DNA of 62,279 bases, counting the filler, from Dugesia japonica (Eukaryota): NCBI GenBank assembly GCA_001938525.1. It is 5 parts of 5 records of this genome, joined end to end, with 100 filler letters (N's around TTAATTAATTAA, not from the genome) between each part and the next. Parts side by side here need not be neighbours in the genome. Positions count along the whole stretch, not along the records: positions 26,461 to 40,207 come from MQRL01605110.1; positions 40,308 to 52,571 come from MQRL01573640.1; 3 more parts are not named here. One strand, 5' to 3'. Positions within the stretch are counted from its first letter, which is position 1, and the number at the start of each line of letters is the position of its first letter. Below, piece by piece: positions 26,900-41,192 of this stretch. The notes below the pieces were generated by a model. It did not search any database and was not told the origin of the DNA. It worked only from the letters and a program-made list of their open reading frames with translations. A program made the translations under genes and the position numbers.

Positions 26900-28240
26900 A
26901 ATTACTTTAAACTTTTGTTGGTAAATTGGTGAAATTAAGTCATTTTTCTTTAAATTTTCAGATTTTAAAAATTTTTTAATCAAATTTTTATGGGAATCCC
27001 GGAGAACATCCGAAATTTCGAAAATTTTTGAAAAAATCTTTTATTGAGATTTTTACATCAATCGATAGAAAATCGATGAAGATTATTTTTCAAAAATAAA
27101 ATTTTTTCGAAAAAATTATTTCTCATCTTTACATAAAATAATCATAACTATTAGAGAAAATTTTGCTGATTCCAAATATGTTAATCTAAAATCGCCTAAG
27201 TTTATCCGGAATGAAATATTTAAAGTTTTGTGGTGAAAATCTCAAATTTTGATTTTTGGTGCTTGATTTTCTCTGCGTACATAACTCGTATGGTTTCAAA
27301 TTTAGTATTATTTTACTAAGGAGAAAAAATTGCCAATGTAAAGTTAAAATATCGTCTCGGTAAAAATGCTTCCTAACGACGATATTCAGCTGTCATCTCG
27401 GATTTGGTAACTTTTTTCGAAAATTGAAAAAGTATCCCCAAATTCGCCAAAAAGGTATCTTTTCGATAGAAAATCTTTCACTAATTTCAAATATGTAAAC
27501 CTAAAATTGTTAAACCTTATACATAAAAAGTTAAATTGAAAAAACATGTACTTCATTTTGGGAGTCCGGGAGGAAATTATGCATTTTAAAAAAGGTAACT
27601 GAAATCTAATAATAACATAGTCTATCCAATAGAGAGTTTAACGTTGATTAGGATTGGCCTTGTTAGAAATCACCAAATTTTGTCTGTGACTAAAAAAATG
27701 GGATAGACCCGAGAATTTTTGAAACTTTTTTATTCTCAAATCGTAACAAAACATACATTATTCGATAGAGAACTCTTTACTGATCAAGAAAAACATTACC
27801 TAAAATNNNNNNNNNNNNNNNNNNNNNNNNNNNNNNNNNNNNNNNNNNNNNNNNNNNNNNNNNNNNNNNNNNNNNNNNNNNNNNNNACGCTTAATCGACC
27901 CAAATAAAAAGTTATTTTTTATAATTTTCATCCAAATTTAATGATCCAAGTACTATTAAAGAGAGAATTCTTTACTGATCGAGAATATATGCTGTAGAAA
28001 TTTGTCAAATTAAATTACTTTGAAAAAGTTAAAATTTTTATTTCTCAATAATTAATTAAAAATAAAAAGTATCTCAAATTTAATTAAAAACTAGTTATTT
28101 GATAGATATTTCTGCACTGATTACAAATATATTAACCTAAAATCACCGCACCTTATAAATAAAAAGTTTTATTGAAAAACAAGTACTTAATTTTTTAGTC
28201 CTCAATGAATATAAAAATAGGATGATAATTTATTCGATAA
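26900..28240 (+). repeat. Dispersed repeat, inverted relative of 51.0-52.2 kb
   Basis: gggaatcccggagaacat..tttttacatcaatcgatagaaaat and cgtctcggtaaaaatgcttcctaacgacgatattca occur reverse-complemented at 51.2-51.7 kb. Confidence 0.75.
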
Positions 28241-30739
28241 GGCCAATTTTGAGTGGTATGGTATGAAATTTTACTCTTTACCTGACCTCAGTTATCAAAG
28301 CTCTGTGCACTAGTGCTCTGCAGACTGGATTTCTGTTATCAGTTCTCTGCTTACTGTTTACTGTTCTCTGATTTTTAGTTATCAATGGTTTTCTCACACT
28401 TACTCATCACTAAGGGTAAATTTACTGTTTAATTATTATTTAATTATTTATCCTGTTCTATATTTTCACTTGTAAATTTGATTAATTTAATTAATGTTTA
28501 ATTTACAATAAGAAATTGTCATTACGTATTGATAATTTTGAAAAATTTGTAATTATTTATTAGAAATATCTCCTATAATTGATTGAATAAATTGAGTATG
28601 ATGAATTGATTAATTTTCAATGTGTAATTTGACTAAAACTATACTTTTTTAAGTAGATGCTTAATTGTGTTTTGAAAATAAATTAGATTTCAATTATATA
28701 TTTTATGATTAAATTTAAAATTTTTTACGGTTAAATTAAAATTATAATAGAAAATGTTTATTAATTATTGATGAAACTTTGAAATATTTTAAAATCAAAT
28801 TAAATTTCGAATGTATTTTTTAAAATTAATGTTTTTAATGATTGTTTAATTAATAATAGAAAATTTTTATTAAGCATTAATTCATGAAAATAATTTCTAA
28901 AAAGTTATTTGAAATAACTCATATAATTGATAAAATAGATTAAGTATGATGGATTTAATAATTTTCAAATAATTGTCAGTAAAAGTACATACAACTTGAT
29001 TTTATGTGAAAACACATTAATTTTAGAAAAATATTTCAACTTATGCTTTTTAAACAAGAGTCGAGTGTTGATGAAAATAAAAACTTAACTCAAATTTAAG
29101 CATCAAAGTAGCTATAAGATAGAAAATTTAATACTAAGTAAGAAGAACATGGTTAAAAATCGCCAATCTTTAACCTTAATGAAAATAGTTCATTTCAAAC
29201 TTTAATTATAATAATTGAANNNNNNNNNNNNNNNNNNNNNNNNNNNNNNNNNNNNNNNNNNNNNNNNNNAATATTTATTGAAAGTGACTAAAATAATTGA
29301 TTGAATAAATAATTTTCAAATAATTATGCGAAAAATATCTAAAACATTAATTTGAAATTAAAAAAACCTTTACAATTTTTTATTTTCAATTACAATATTA
29401 CAATAAATAAGAAAAATTTTAAAATTAAATTCAACGAATCAAATTAGTTACTCAAATAGTTATTGATTTGATTATAATTTTTCTTTGAATAAAATTACTT
29501 CGAAGGTTTAACTAATTAATTTTTAAAAATATTCAAATGAATAAATTAATTGATTTTAAAGAATAATAATAAGTTTAATTGGATAAAAGTTTAATGATTG
29601 AATAAATTTATGTTCCAAGTATGTGATTAATTGATTAATAAACACATNAGAAATATATTGTTTAACAGATATTACTATATTAAGGTGAATAATTAATCGG
29701 TTTATTCAGGTTATTAGTTGTAAAGTATACATATATTTAGTGTGAATAATAGAGTTGACTATATGAAATAAGCGATGAACAGAATAAACCATTAACTGAA
29801 TAATTAATAGGTAAATAATGATAGAGAGTATTGTGTATGTTAACACTTGATTATAGTGAGAACTGCATATGTTAATAGAAGTTGATAGCGAATATTACGT
29901 ATGTTAAAACTATGTGATAGCGAGAGTTGTGTACTATGACTTAAATCTTATGAGAACTAATATTATACTAAGTATTATTAATAGGTGACTAATGTACATT
30001 AATTGGAATGAACCTATATTTTCAAAGGATTTTATTATATTAAGGTGGGAAATTTGCTAATGATTGACTGAATTATTTGGTTTGATTGATATTACAATCA
30101 AAGACCAATTGATTGAGTGAACCATTGGTAAATTTTATAGTCCCTTGTAAGTATTACAGTCATTATTACAGAAAGGTTTATGTAAATTTTAACCAGCTTT
30201 AGAAAAGTTTGTAGAAATTTTTTATGATGATTAAAAAGATTGTGAATATTTTGACTAGTTTTAAAAAAGTTTATGTAAATTTTCAATGATTTTTAAAAAG
30301 TTCATGTAAGTTTTAGAAAATTTTTCTCGCTCTTTTACATAGGATTTTTTGATTTTAGAAATGTTCCTGTAAATTTTGACTATTTTCCAAAATGTTGATG
30401 TAAATTTTGACTAGTTATAAAAGAGTTCTAGTAATTTTTAAACAATGTTTTAAAAGTTTGTNNNNNNNNNNNNNNNNNNNNNNNNNNNNNNNNNNNNNNN
30501 NNNNNNNNNNNNNNNNNNNNNNNNNNNNNNNNNNNNNNNNNNNNNNNNNNNNNNNNNNNNNNNNNNNNNNNNNNNNNNNNNNNNNNNNNNNNNNNNNNNN
30601 NNNNNNNNNNNNNNNNNNNNNNNNNNNNNNNNNNNNNNNNNNNNNNNNNNNNNNNNNNNNNNNNNNNNNNNNNNNNNNNNNNNNNNNNNNNNNNNNNNNN
30701 NNNNNNNNNNNNNNNNNNNNNNNNNNNNNNNNNNNNNNT

Positions 30740-32400
30740 AAGTATTATTTATTTGTCAATATGTTTTTCTAAATAATAAATTATAATGTAGTGGAGACTA
30801 CTTACAACAATCTCTTTAATAAATAAATCTTTTTAAATGGTCTTAAATTCAATGATAAAACCAATAGTTTCATTATAAAATCCATATTTTCTGCTTAAAA
30901 CCAATATTTTTATGATAAAATCCCAGTTTTTCATTAAACCTATATTTTTAATGTTGAATCAAGTATTTCTAATACTAAGACCCGTATTTTTTATGTTGAA
31001 CTCATATTTTCTAACTTTACTAATAATAAGGTATGTAAATAAAAATAAATCCATGAAAACCAAAGTGCAAGCAGAGTTGCCAAGGTGCACGGAGAGAACC
31101 AAGGAGAAATAGAAGGATAATAAGATGATGAAAATATACTGAAATAGTTATATTAATTTAACTAAAAAGCATATCATACTAGGTCTCACTGAGTCTTATT
31201 GTCTTCTTTTATTAATATATGACACATTTTAAAGATTAGTGAAGTGAGGTCTATGAAAATATGAAGTGAAAATATGCATTAAGACACAATAGAAAATAGA
31301 GAAAATATAGCTAAATAGTAGTAAATAACTGAAAGTGGTGGAAAATAAGAGGAAATATAACTAAATATCTCTAAATAGGGGTAAATCAGGCAAATAGGGG
31401 TAAATGTTGGTAAATGACTAAAAATATGGCAAAATATGGTAAAAAGTGACGAATTGTGTATAAATTAAACATATTAAATAACTATATAAATAATAAATGC
31501 AGTATAATTAGTGACTTGGTTTACTCTATTAAATATTTTATATGACCAAACCAGTATTTTCTANNNNNNNNNNNNNNNNNNNNNNNNNNNNNNNNNNNNN
31601 NNNNNNNNNNNNNTGACTTGGTTTACTCTATTAAATATTTTATATGACCAAACCAGTATTTTCTATGTTAAATTTTTATTTTCAATAGGTCAATAAATTT
31701 TCTATGATAAAGCTAGTACTTTCAGCGATGAACCATTATTTTCTAATGTTGAAATCATATTTTCAATAACGAAACCATATAATTATGTTTACGTTATAAT
31801 CAAATGACTGAGTTTACTGACTGATAGTTATGCATTTAAAGGATAAATAAATCCATAAAAAACCAAGGTGCATGCAGGTTTGCCAAGGTGCACGCAGGGA
31901 AACAATGAGCAAGCAAAGATGAAGGCTTTTATTGTAAAGATAAACCTATTATTTTCATTTTGAAACCATATTGATATGAAATTGTTATCTTTTATCCAAT
32001 AAAATAAATCATGTGTCATTATTGATATTCAAAACGTATTACATAAATATAAAAACAATAAAGTGAAATACGGCAAAATATTGGAAAATCCAGCAAAATT
32101 GAGTGAAATTTGGCAAAATAAACCAAATTAGTGTAAATAGACAAGGCAGGGCAAGGCAGCGTAAATACGATAAATTATGGTAAAAAACAGAGTTAAAACA
32201 ATGTAAAAACAGGGTACAAACATGGTAAACATGATAAATACATGGTAAACATGATAAATACGTGGTAATATTAGGTAGAAAATAGGGTACAAATTTGATA
32301 ATTAGAGTAAAATATAGCTAAATATGGTAAAATCAATGAAAAACAGGGCATAGAAGAGAAATTAACACTTTAAACAAACAATTAGTATAANNNNNNNNNA
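30740..32400 (+). repeat. Dispersed composite repeat with internal 10-20 bp tandem units
   Basis: 30740-31560 is the reverse complement of about 55060-55930; the GC-rich ttgccaaggtgcacg motif is duplicated at about 31077 and 31880. Confidence 0.75.
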
Positions 32401-32508
32401 AACCATTGAATCAAGTGACTTTCCGGAGGTATATTATACATTATATTCGATACTATATTAAGGTAACTATTTAATAATACATAATAACAACAAAGTAATG
32501 ACTAATAT

Positions 32509-32976
32509 TTATTTAAGGAAACTATTGATAATTCTTCTTAACTTTACTCGGGAACAACAGTCACATAATGATGTACAATTAAACGGTTCTTCCCAGTATA
32601 ATTTTATTATCGTACTCATATCAATCCTTATATATTGCATGATTTTGTACCAATATACTTCTGGTGTCCAGTATACTGGTCCATTCTTAAGATTTGGGAA
32701 TTCTTCTTCCAATATTTCAAGAATCATATCTTAAGAAAAATAATTAATTAATTATTATAATTTAAATAAAATACTACCTTTTTCTACAACATATTTGTCA
32801 GCAATATACTCCTCTATTTTTATTGAGCCTATATTAATTTCTTCTTATTCTATATCTTCTTCATCATCATCTATTTTGTTATTAAAACATGGTTTCATCC
32901 ATGAAGATTTATCGTTAGTATGAGACATATTTGATTCTTTCTGACTGTTAAAACTTTCTTCAGTGTAATCTGACAT
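32509..32976 (-). pseudogene. Spliced Polinton-associated gene (acidic N-terminus, Cys-containing C-terminal domain)
   Basis: ATG at 32976, 48-nt GT-AG intron 32730-32777 in frame, one internal stop; upstream CCAAT boxes; apparent homolog at 52.9 kb. Confidence 0.5.
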
Positions 32977-33379
32977 TTTCAATGAACCAATATTAATTTA
33001 ATTCATTTTTTATACGTTTCATATAGTTTGAATCAACCAATCGTATTTTATCTACATTTTTATTGGTATTTACTCACAGAAAAACTATTACATAAACTTG
33101 ATAATGTAATAATAATAAATCAATAATCATCTACAATCAACAAAAAATAAAATAATCAAATAATAATAATTTACAAAAACAAAAATCAAAATCAATTAGT
33201 TGAATCAAGAAATATTAAAGTAGTAAATCAATAATAGTACATTGTATTCAAGTCTTTTAATCAAAAATTTTTGAGACTGTCTTCTGCATTGAGGTTTCGA
33301 ATTGGGTGTGTGTGTCCATGCACTTCACCCCCCACATATGATTTTATATGTATATGCATTGTTTTGTTTTGATTTTTTT

Positions 33380-34945
33380 GTCTAATTTCAACAAAATGAT
33401 GTTTTATATGAAATTAGAAGTAATTATATTAGCAGATTTCTTTAAGAATTTAAGAGAAACATGTTTAAATAATTATCAAATAGACCCAAGTTATTGTTAC
33501 TCAGCCCCAGGTCTAACTTGGAATTCTGGAATGAAATTTACTAAATCAAAATTGAAATATGCTCAAAAGGAAACTTATGACAGATTTATTAAAATAGAAA
33601 GAGGAGTTAGAGGTGGATATTCAGGAGTATGTGGAGAAAGACGGGTCTTTGGAAATAGTAAAAGAAATAATAAAAAAAATAAATAATGCTCAATTAGATG
33701 ATTTATTAAATATATTTAGAAATCTTGAGCAATATCTTAAAAGATGATTATTTTGAAGAAACATTTTTAAAATATTTAGACGAAAATTCATTATATCATC
33801 TTGTATGACTAAACCCTTACCAACAGGTGAAATCTATGAATGTAAGGACTTAGAATATATTAAATCAACAGATAAAATTAATTATATTTATGAACTGAAT
33901 ATCCTCCAGAGATACATGAAAAGACAAAATACTCTCCATTAGCTCCAGATCCAATAAATATAACTAAAGATATGTTAGCTCCTTATCAATTATCATTTAA
34001 TAAGAAATTAAGTAAGAAAAATGTTAAATTAACTTTAAATCAATTACGTAAACAAAATTATATAGTTTTAGGTTCTACACCAGATTTTTATTTATTTCTA
34101 GAAATGAAAATTAAAAAAATACATTCAAAATATAGAATGCCAACAAAACCTTGGTTAAAAGATTATATACAATTTAATATTGAACAAAGAAATTAATCAA
34201 AAAGAAGTAACAATGTTTTTGGTGATTATTTATTTAAATTATTGAATAATGCTTTCTATGAAAAAACCTTAGAAAACATAAGAAATAGATGTAATGTTGA
34301 AATTGTAGATAATGATAAAGACTATCAGAAATTTGCTTCAAAGATAAATTTTAAATCAAGTAAAATATTTAGTTTTAAAGAAAATGGCGAAGCGAAATCA
34401 GCAGCAATTCATCTTTACAAAACTAATTTAAAATATAATAAATTTACTATTTTGGAATATGCAAAAGAAGTTTTATGTGATTTTATTTATAATCAATTAG
34501 ACAAAGAAATACCAAATAAATATAAAATTCATTACTGATTCTATATTTGTAGAAATAATTGGACAAGAGAATTTAAATAAAGTAACAAGTTTATTAGGAA
34601 ATAATTTATGAAATAGTTAAATGTAATTTCATAAAAACAAAAAGTTATATTATTCAGGATCACGTAGCTCAAGCCGGAGGCGATCAAAAAGCAGGTACTA
34701 TGAATATAAAAACTAAACAAAAAGGAGTTTCAGAAGTAAATAAAATAGGAATGGAAATTATGATAAAGTTTTAAGTAGTAAAGAAATAATTTATGGAACT
34801 AGTTATAGTTTAAAATCACATTAACATGAAATTGAATTAGTTGAACAAAAAAGGATTGCAGGGTTAGGGTTATCATCATTAACAGGTTATGATGATAAAA
34901 GATTGATTGAGGATAATAGAATAAGGACATGGTCATATGGAAATA
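33380..34945 (+). pseudogene. Polinton/Maverick protein-primed DNA polymerase B, copy 1 (C-terminal half)
   Basis: LADFFKNLRETC..DPSYCYSAPGLTW, ERGVRGGYSG, YLDENSLY (motif A), KLLNNAFYEKTLEN (motif B), TDSIF (motif C), YDDKR..YG; many frameshifts. Confidence 0.93.
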
Positions 34946-35004
34946 AGTTTAAATTTGAGAATTGTAGTGAGTAGCATTTAAGATTAGATAAATTATTAGA
35001 AAAA

Positions 35005-35215
35005 TTAAATTGTAGTTCGCTTGCGCTTACGACTGAAAAGAGTTTAATATAAATACGTTGTGACTGCAGTCACATTTATTAAAATTAAAATTGTAAATTC
35101 AAAATAATAAAGTGTCTTACGCATGAGACTATTTCTAAATATAAAAGTGGTTCATGTATGAACATTTATTGTAAAGTTAAAATATTTAAGTGGCGTCCAC
35201 GGACGCCAACTTTAT
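35005..35215. terminator. Array of short hairpins between convergent Polinton genes
   Basis: tgtgac-tgca-gtcaca, gtctta-cgca-tgagac, gttca-tgta-tgaac and tggcgtc-cacg-gacgcca, spaced about 35-55 bp apart. Confidence 0.45.
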
Positions 35216-35862
35216 TTCTTTAATTTACTAATTATTTTCTGTTGTTCAATAATTTGATTTTCAAGTTTCTTTAGTAAATCATTTTCAATTTTGACTTCTT
35301 TTTTATTTACATCTGAAATTAAATCTTTAACTTGTTTTACCACATTCTTGCTTATTGATATTTCTTCATCAGTTAAAATGTCATCTGATAAAGATTTTTG
35401 ATGAAATAAAAATAATTTGTTTTTAACAGTTTCTAATTCATGAATTAAATTTTTATACTTCTTCTTTTTTGATTTTATTAATGATAAATTTAAAATACCA
35501 ATTATGGGAATACAAGAAACTGTTGTTTTTAAAATAATTGGAAATAAACTTGCGCCAACACCAAAAGTACCTACAGAAATTAATATAGTTCCAGTTATTC
35601 CAACACAAGTTCCAATAAATATTTCTATAAATCTAATTTAAGTATCTAATCTTGACCATCTTTTATAAATCTTTTTATAATGGTTAATTTTATCATCAAT
35701 AAAATAAAGATCAGATTCAAAATCTGCAATTCTTAAATTTGATAATTTAGTTTTAAGATCTTGAATAGTATATTTTTGATCTTTGTAAATATATTTTTCT
35801 AAATCTGGATATAAATTATTTTCAATAATATTTAACTCATCCTCATTTAAATTATCACCCAT
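35211..35862 (-). pseudogene. Polinton-associated membrane protein (two hydrophobic segments plus coiled coil), one internal stop
   Basis: The ORF continues past the stop at 35638: FIGTCVGITGTILISVGTFGVGASLFPIIL..IPIIGILNLSLIKIKKKKY..SLSDDILTDEEI. Confidence 0.6.
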
Positions 35863-36779
35863 TTTATTTTAGTAACAATTTAAAGATTAATTTGAAATTG
35901 TTATGTTATTAATATAAATATTTGCTGGTAAAATTAAAGTAATTCTTTCTATTGATTTATGTTTCCCCGAACTTATTGAAAGATTAAAAATATCTTTTTT
36001 AGTAAAATTAAATTCATGTTCTTCTAGTTTATTATTAATTACTATATACGCTTAGATAAGTAATATCACAATAACTATTAAAAAAAAAATTTACATGTTC
36101 TAATGCTTCTTCAAGAAAATAATATTTATGGGATTTTTCTTTAATATGGGACCCGTTGGGATGTTTTGACAATCCATTTCTTTTTATTTTAAATGGAGTT
36201 ATTCCAGAATGATATGGTAATTCATTCTTTGTTAATAAAGTAGTTAATTTAAAAAGTATTTTTGGATTAATTATTTTTATTTTATTAGAATATGATAAAT
36301 AATTATCAATTATTTATTTATACTTATTTAATAACTCTTGTTTATAAAGTTTATTAGATTTGTTTTTATTTATTTTAATAATATAATCATTAATATCATT
36401 AACACGATCAACATGAAGATCTTGTTTTTTTTAAGAAATTCTTCTTTTAAAGAAATTAAAGGATTATTTAACGATTCGATTTATCCTGATAGTTTTTCCA
36501 ATTCTAAATTAATTTTATTCAATTTTTCAGGAGAACAATTACTAGATAAATTATTAATTAGTTGTGCGAACTCTGTGATTTCTTTTTTTAAATCTATTTT
36601 TTTATCATTAATATTTTTATCACTATTCACTTGTGAATTTTTTAAATTGCTCTTCGTTTATGTAAAAGTTATATAAAAATGAATTAAACTATTCAAGTGA
36701 AATTATTCAAATTCGAATTCTACTATAGATTTTAACAAAAAACTATTAGTAATTATAAAATAGAAAAAGCAAAAAAAAA

Positions 36780-37520
36780 GATTCTGATTATTTAAAAACA
36801 TATTTTCTACTATAAATTTTCATTATTGATTGCTTTTTATACTTAACAGTTTTTCTATAGGTATAAATATATAATATATTTACAAACAATCGATTTAGTA
36901 ACAAATCATTCAAATTAATTTATAATTATACAAATGCTAAACTGGCAAGAATAACACATTTTATTAGATTATAACAGACCTTTAATAATATGAATTATAT
37001 TTACATGGACATGAGATATAGATTGATTTGCATCGATTGAGTTCCAGTTAGCATTATAAGAATTATCTTTGATTAATTTAAGAAATTTTTCATGAACTTG
37101 TTTCTAAAATACATTTAACCAAGTATCTATAGTAAATAATAAATTACTAGAAATTCAATTTTCTCATAGATTTCATAACCAAATCTTTTACGTTTACTCA
37201 TCTCATCGTCCATGTAAAATAATATATCTGGTTTAAGAAGTAAAGAATCCACCCAAATACACTATTTAAAATCCATATTTTCTTTAGATGAAGAATACGC
37301 AATTGCAGAAAATATATATATAATATTTATTTAATAGTGTTTTTTTCATCTCCTGGCTCAGCAGTTGTAATAAAATTATTTTTCAGCAGCCTGCCTATTT
37401 GTTGCAAATAAACTAGAACTTCATGGTTTCTTTTAAATTCGGCATAAGAGTAGACTAAATTTGCAATTCGACCGTTGTTTATCAGATATTTTTTCTTAAT
37501 TGGATGTCTGATTTTTCTGT
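36780..37520 (-). pseudogene. Decayed Polinton ORF, possibly minor capsid (penton) protein
   Basis: SIDANQSISHVHVNIIHIIKG..VILASL..YIFIPI resembles minor-capsid C-terminal motifs; heavily broken. Confidence 0.3.
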
Positions 37521-40139
37521 GTCCACCATATAATTGTGATCCACAAACATTTGACATAAACCTTTTGACATATTTGTTGAGTTGTGCAGTTAACATAACA
37601 TACACACACAACACACATAGCATGCAAACATATATCCTCAGATTCAAATCCTCAATGAAAATCAAAATTCGAATATTCAAACAAATATCCTCAATTCCTC
37701 GAAACCCAAGCTGAGTCCTGAAACATCTAATACTGAAGTTTATGGATCGTGAACATTTGATTTTTATTTTTATTGTGAACATTTTAATGAACAATTTAAT
37801 TTATTCAATTATGAACATTTTATTATTTTATTTTATTGTGAACATTTTTTTATTTATTCAATTGTGAACATTTTATTATTTAATTATTTTATTATTTTAT
37901 TTTATTTTTATGAAATATTATTTAGGCTCATGAAACATTTGTAAAAAGTATGAATAAAATTGTGAAAAAAATAACGTATGTTGTTATGTAGGTGTAAAAG
38001 ACCTACTGATTGAAAACAGTATAAATACTGATAATCAATTGTAAATTGTTAGACATTNNNNNNNNNNNNNNNNNNNTCTTTTTGTAAGTGGCCTTGTCTT
38101 GTTTTCAATAATTTATTGCTTATAAGTAGGAGAATAAAAATTTGATAAAAGGTGTTATTCTTATTTTTTATTAAATAAGGTATCCACATAAATATCACTT
38201 ATTTATAATTTGCTTAAATATATTTCTATATATTATAGTATTAACATATACTTGTCACTAATAAAATCAGTGATACACAAATTAACGAACCAAAATATCT
38301 TTTTGTTGAGTCAAGTACCCAACATATTACTTATGTCAAAAATATTTTACATCAAAAAAATTTTATATTAAATAATTTTTATGTCAAAAAAAATTCATGT
38401 CAAATGTCTTTGCAAAACGGTAGCTTTTTTAACAAGAAATATCAAAAATTATCTCAAATAATTTTAATGTTTTTTATCAGTAAAAATGAAAAATTTCTTG
38501 TAAAAAAACTAAAATTAACAAAAATTTAACAGACCTTTCATGACAACGATTCATTATCAATATCAAATCTAGATAAAAAATTGTAAAACAAAACAAAGAA
38601 AATCAAAAAAAGACAAAAGAGAACTTTTATAATTACTTTTGTTTCTAAAATATTTATTTGATTTAACTACTGATCTGATTTTTCTATTTTCAATAATATT
38701 AAAATATTGTTGACATCAAATTTATCAAGATTAATTTGATATTTCAAAAAAAGAAATCATTTGCATCTAATTATTTAAAAAAATTAATTTAATTTGATAT
38801 TTTAAAGAAATGCCCCAAATATCAAACTATTCGAAATCAATTAAAAGCGTTAATTTTTACAAAAGTACTCAATTCAAAGCTTTACTAATTCAATTTTAAA
38901 ATTTTATAATTCAATTTTTCACAAAATGTCTAATCTACTCAAAATGAAAAATAATTATAATAAAAAAAATTAATTATTAATTAATCATTATAAATTAAAA
39001 CGATTCTAATTGTATAACTCATTTATAAAATTAAGTTCATATTAATGAATTAAAAATAGTTTATAATTTTTTGTAATATAAAAATAAAGGCACTAAGTAA
39101 AGAAAAAATTTTTAAAACTTTTTCTGTATATTTAATATTATACTACTGATATAATATTGTCTACAAATCATTGACTAAAAAATAGTTGATTTTTTTCTGG
39201 TGAAAGTATGATTGTTAGAATACTTTTTAACAACCACAATATTTATTAATGTCAGTCTACAAAAGAAGAAATAAATATAAGCGTAATTTTCATTTGCATT
39301 TGCTTCAAATTTATTAATTAATGTATTTCAAAATATTTTTCCTTAAATGTATTTTTCTTTTTTTCTAATTCAAATTAACGTAGGATTTTATTTAAATTCG
39401 TTAAAATCGTTATAACAACATTCAAAAATGATAGTTTGTTAATAACATTTTAATAGTCTAAAAATTCCATAATTCTCTGAAAGGATTAAAATATAAAAAT
39501 AAACTGAAAAAAAATTTTTAATTTTAAATTCATTAATAACAACATTTTTGATGAATGTGTGATTATCATTTAAAATTGTTCCTTGATAGTTTATTTGAGA
39601 ATTGCACTTTGATATTCTTTGATATTTTCAATTACTAATGTTTATTTTAAATAATGATGTCGGTTTCAAATTTTAACCAAGGTGAACTTTCTTTTTTCCT
39701 CAATATTGTCAACAGTATTGTCTTGGACCACACTCCAAAGCTTTTTCTCAAAACATCAAATTCAGAGAATTCAGGTATTTAAAAGTTATGAAAACAAAAA
39801 TACAAATTTGGAGAGTTAACATACAAGTGTATCAAGCTATACTCATTTAATCATAAATAAGAAAACTAAAAATATCATCAGTGGTAGCACCAACATTTGC
39901 TAATAGTTTTCAATCCACGATTCTCTTCTTTTTGAATTTCTCCAGGGCTTTCATATATACATCATTGGTAGCCTGTTGAAAATCATAAGGATTGAAAATA
40001 AAGTTATTCCTAACTAACTAATTTAAGGTTACTTCTACGGATCACTTAAAAGGGGAATGTAATCTAATTATTTCGTTAACCTTATAATTCAAAATCATGG
40101 ATGTAAAATAATTTACGTAAACCAATATATATATCGTTT

Positions 40140-41018
40140 TTGTAAAGCAAATCCCTGGACATCTGAAATTTTATCATCTAGCAAGGATAAAATACCATTT
40201 ACTGATANNNNNNNNNNNNNNNNNNNNNNNNNNNNNNNNNNNNNNNNNNNNTTAATTAATTAANNNNNNNNNNNNNNNNNNNNNNNNNNNNNNNNNNNNN
40301 NNNNNNNAAAATTGAAGGTATTTTCTTCTAAAATTCGGGGGGTTTATCTACCTTCTTCCATACAACTCGACTTGCCTCTAATTGGGTCTTTATTTTTAAC
40401 TTTCTTCGTAGATTTTTTATTGGCCTTTGGCTTGCCTTTTCAGATTTTTCTATGAATTGGGACAATTCTATTGGTGCCTATTTTAGGACACCTGGTGACT
40501 TTTAATTCTGTCTTTTGTTTATTTTCTGGCACCTCATTGACCGATTCTTTAAACCCTAGACTCTCCTGATAATGGTAGGCCTTTCTCGTTAGAAAATTCA
40601 ATTGACCCGTAACTTTAGCTTTCCAAATTTTCTTATTTGGATTCTCTGAGATCTTCAAGAGTAAAGATATTCCACTAAAACAGGTTTTTACACAATTAAA
40701 TTTCTTTTTTAGACTAAAATGAATTAATTTCCCGTGTTAGTTAATCATTATTTTTTTATGATAATTTTCTTGTTTTTAAATAATAAATTATAATTCCTTT
40801 AATTATTGGTATTGTTTAGAATTAATATTTTATTCAATCGGTATTTTCTTTCTTCCTTTTGCATTTTCTTTCGATTTTTTATTGATATAATCATTATATT
40901 TTTTATCCAAATGACAATTATTCCTAATTAATTTCTCTGACACCACTTCTTCGTTTTATTGTCTCCGATTTAGGCCCTTGGTTATAATTTCCTTTTTTAA
41001 AAACGGATGTTTCACCCC

Positions 41019-41022
<4 letters not shown>
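40140..41022 (-). repeat. Long LTR-like repeat
   Basis: Starts TATTGGGGTGAAACATCC, like TGTTGGGCTGAAACACC at 43133; crosses a contig linker. Confidence 0.45.
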
Positions 41023-41077
<55 letters not shown>

Positions 41078-41127
41078 NNNNNNNNNNNNNNNNNNNNNNN
41101 NNNNNNNNNNNNNNNNNNNNNNNNNNN

Positions 41128-41186
<59 letters not shown>

Positions 41187-41192
41187 TAATAA
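41019..41192. repeat. (AAT)n microsatellite with gap
   Basis: Direct observation. Confidence 0.95.

Noticed and set aside
37327-37400. AEPGDEKNT as a degenerate SF3 helicase Walker A (bidnavirus-like)
   Set aside because: It lacks both key glycines and no convincing B or C motifs follow.
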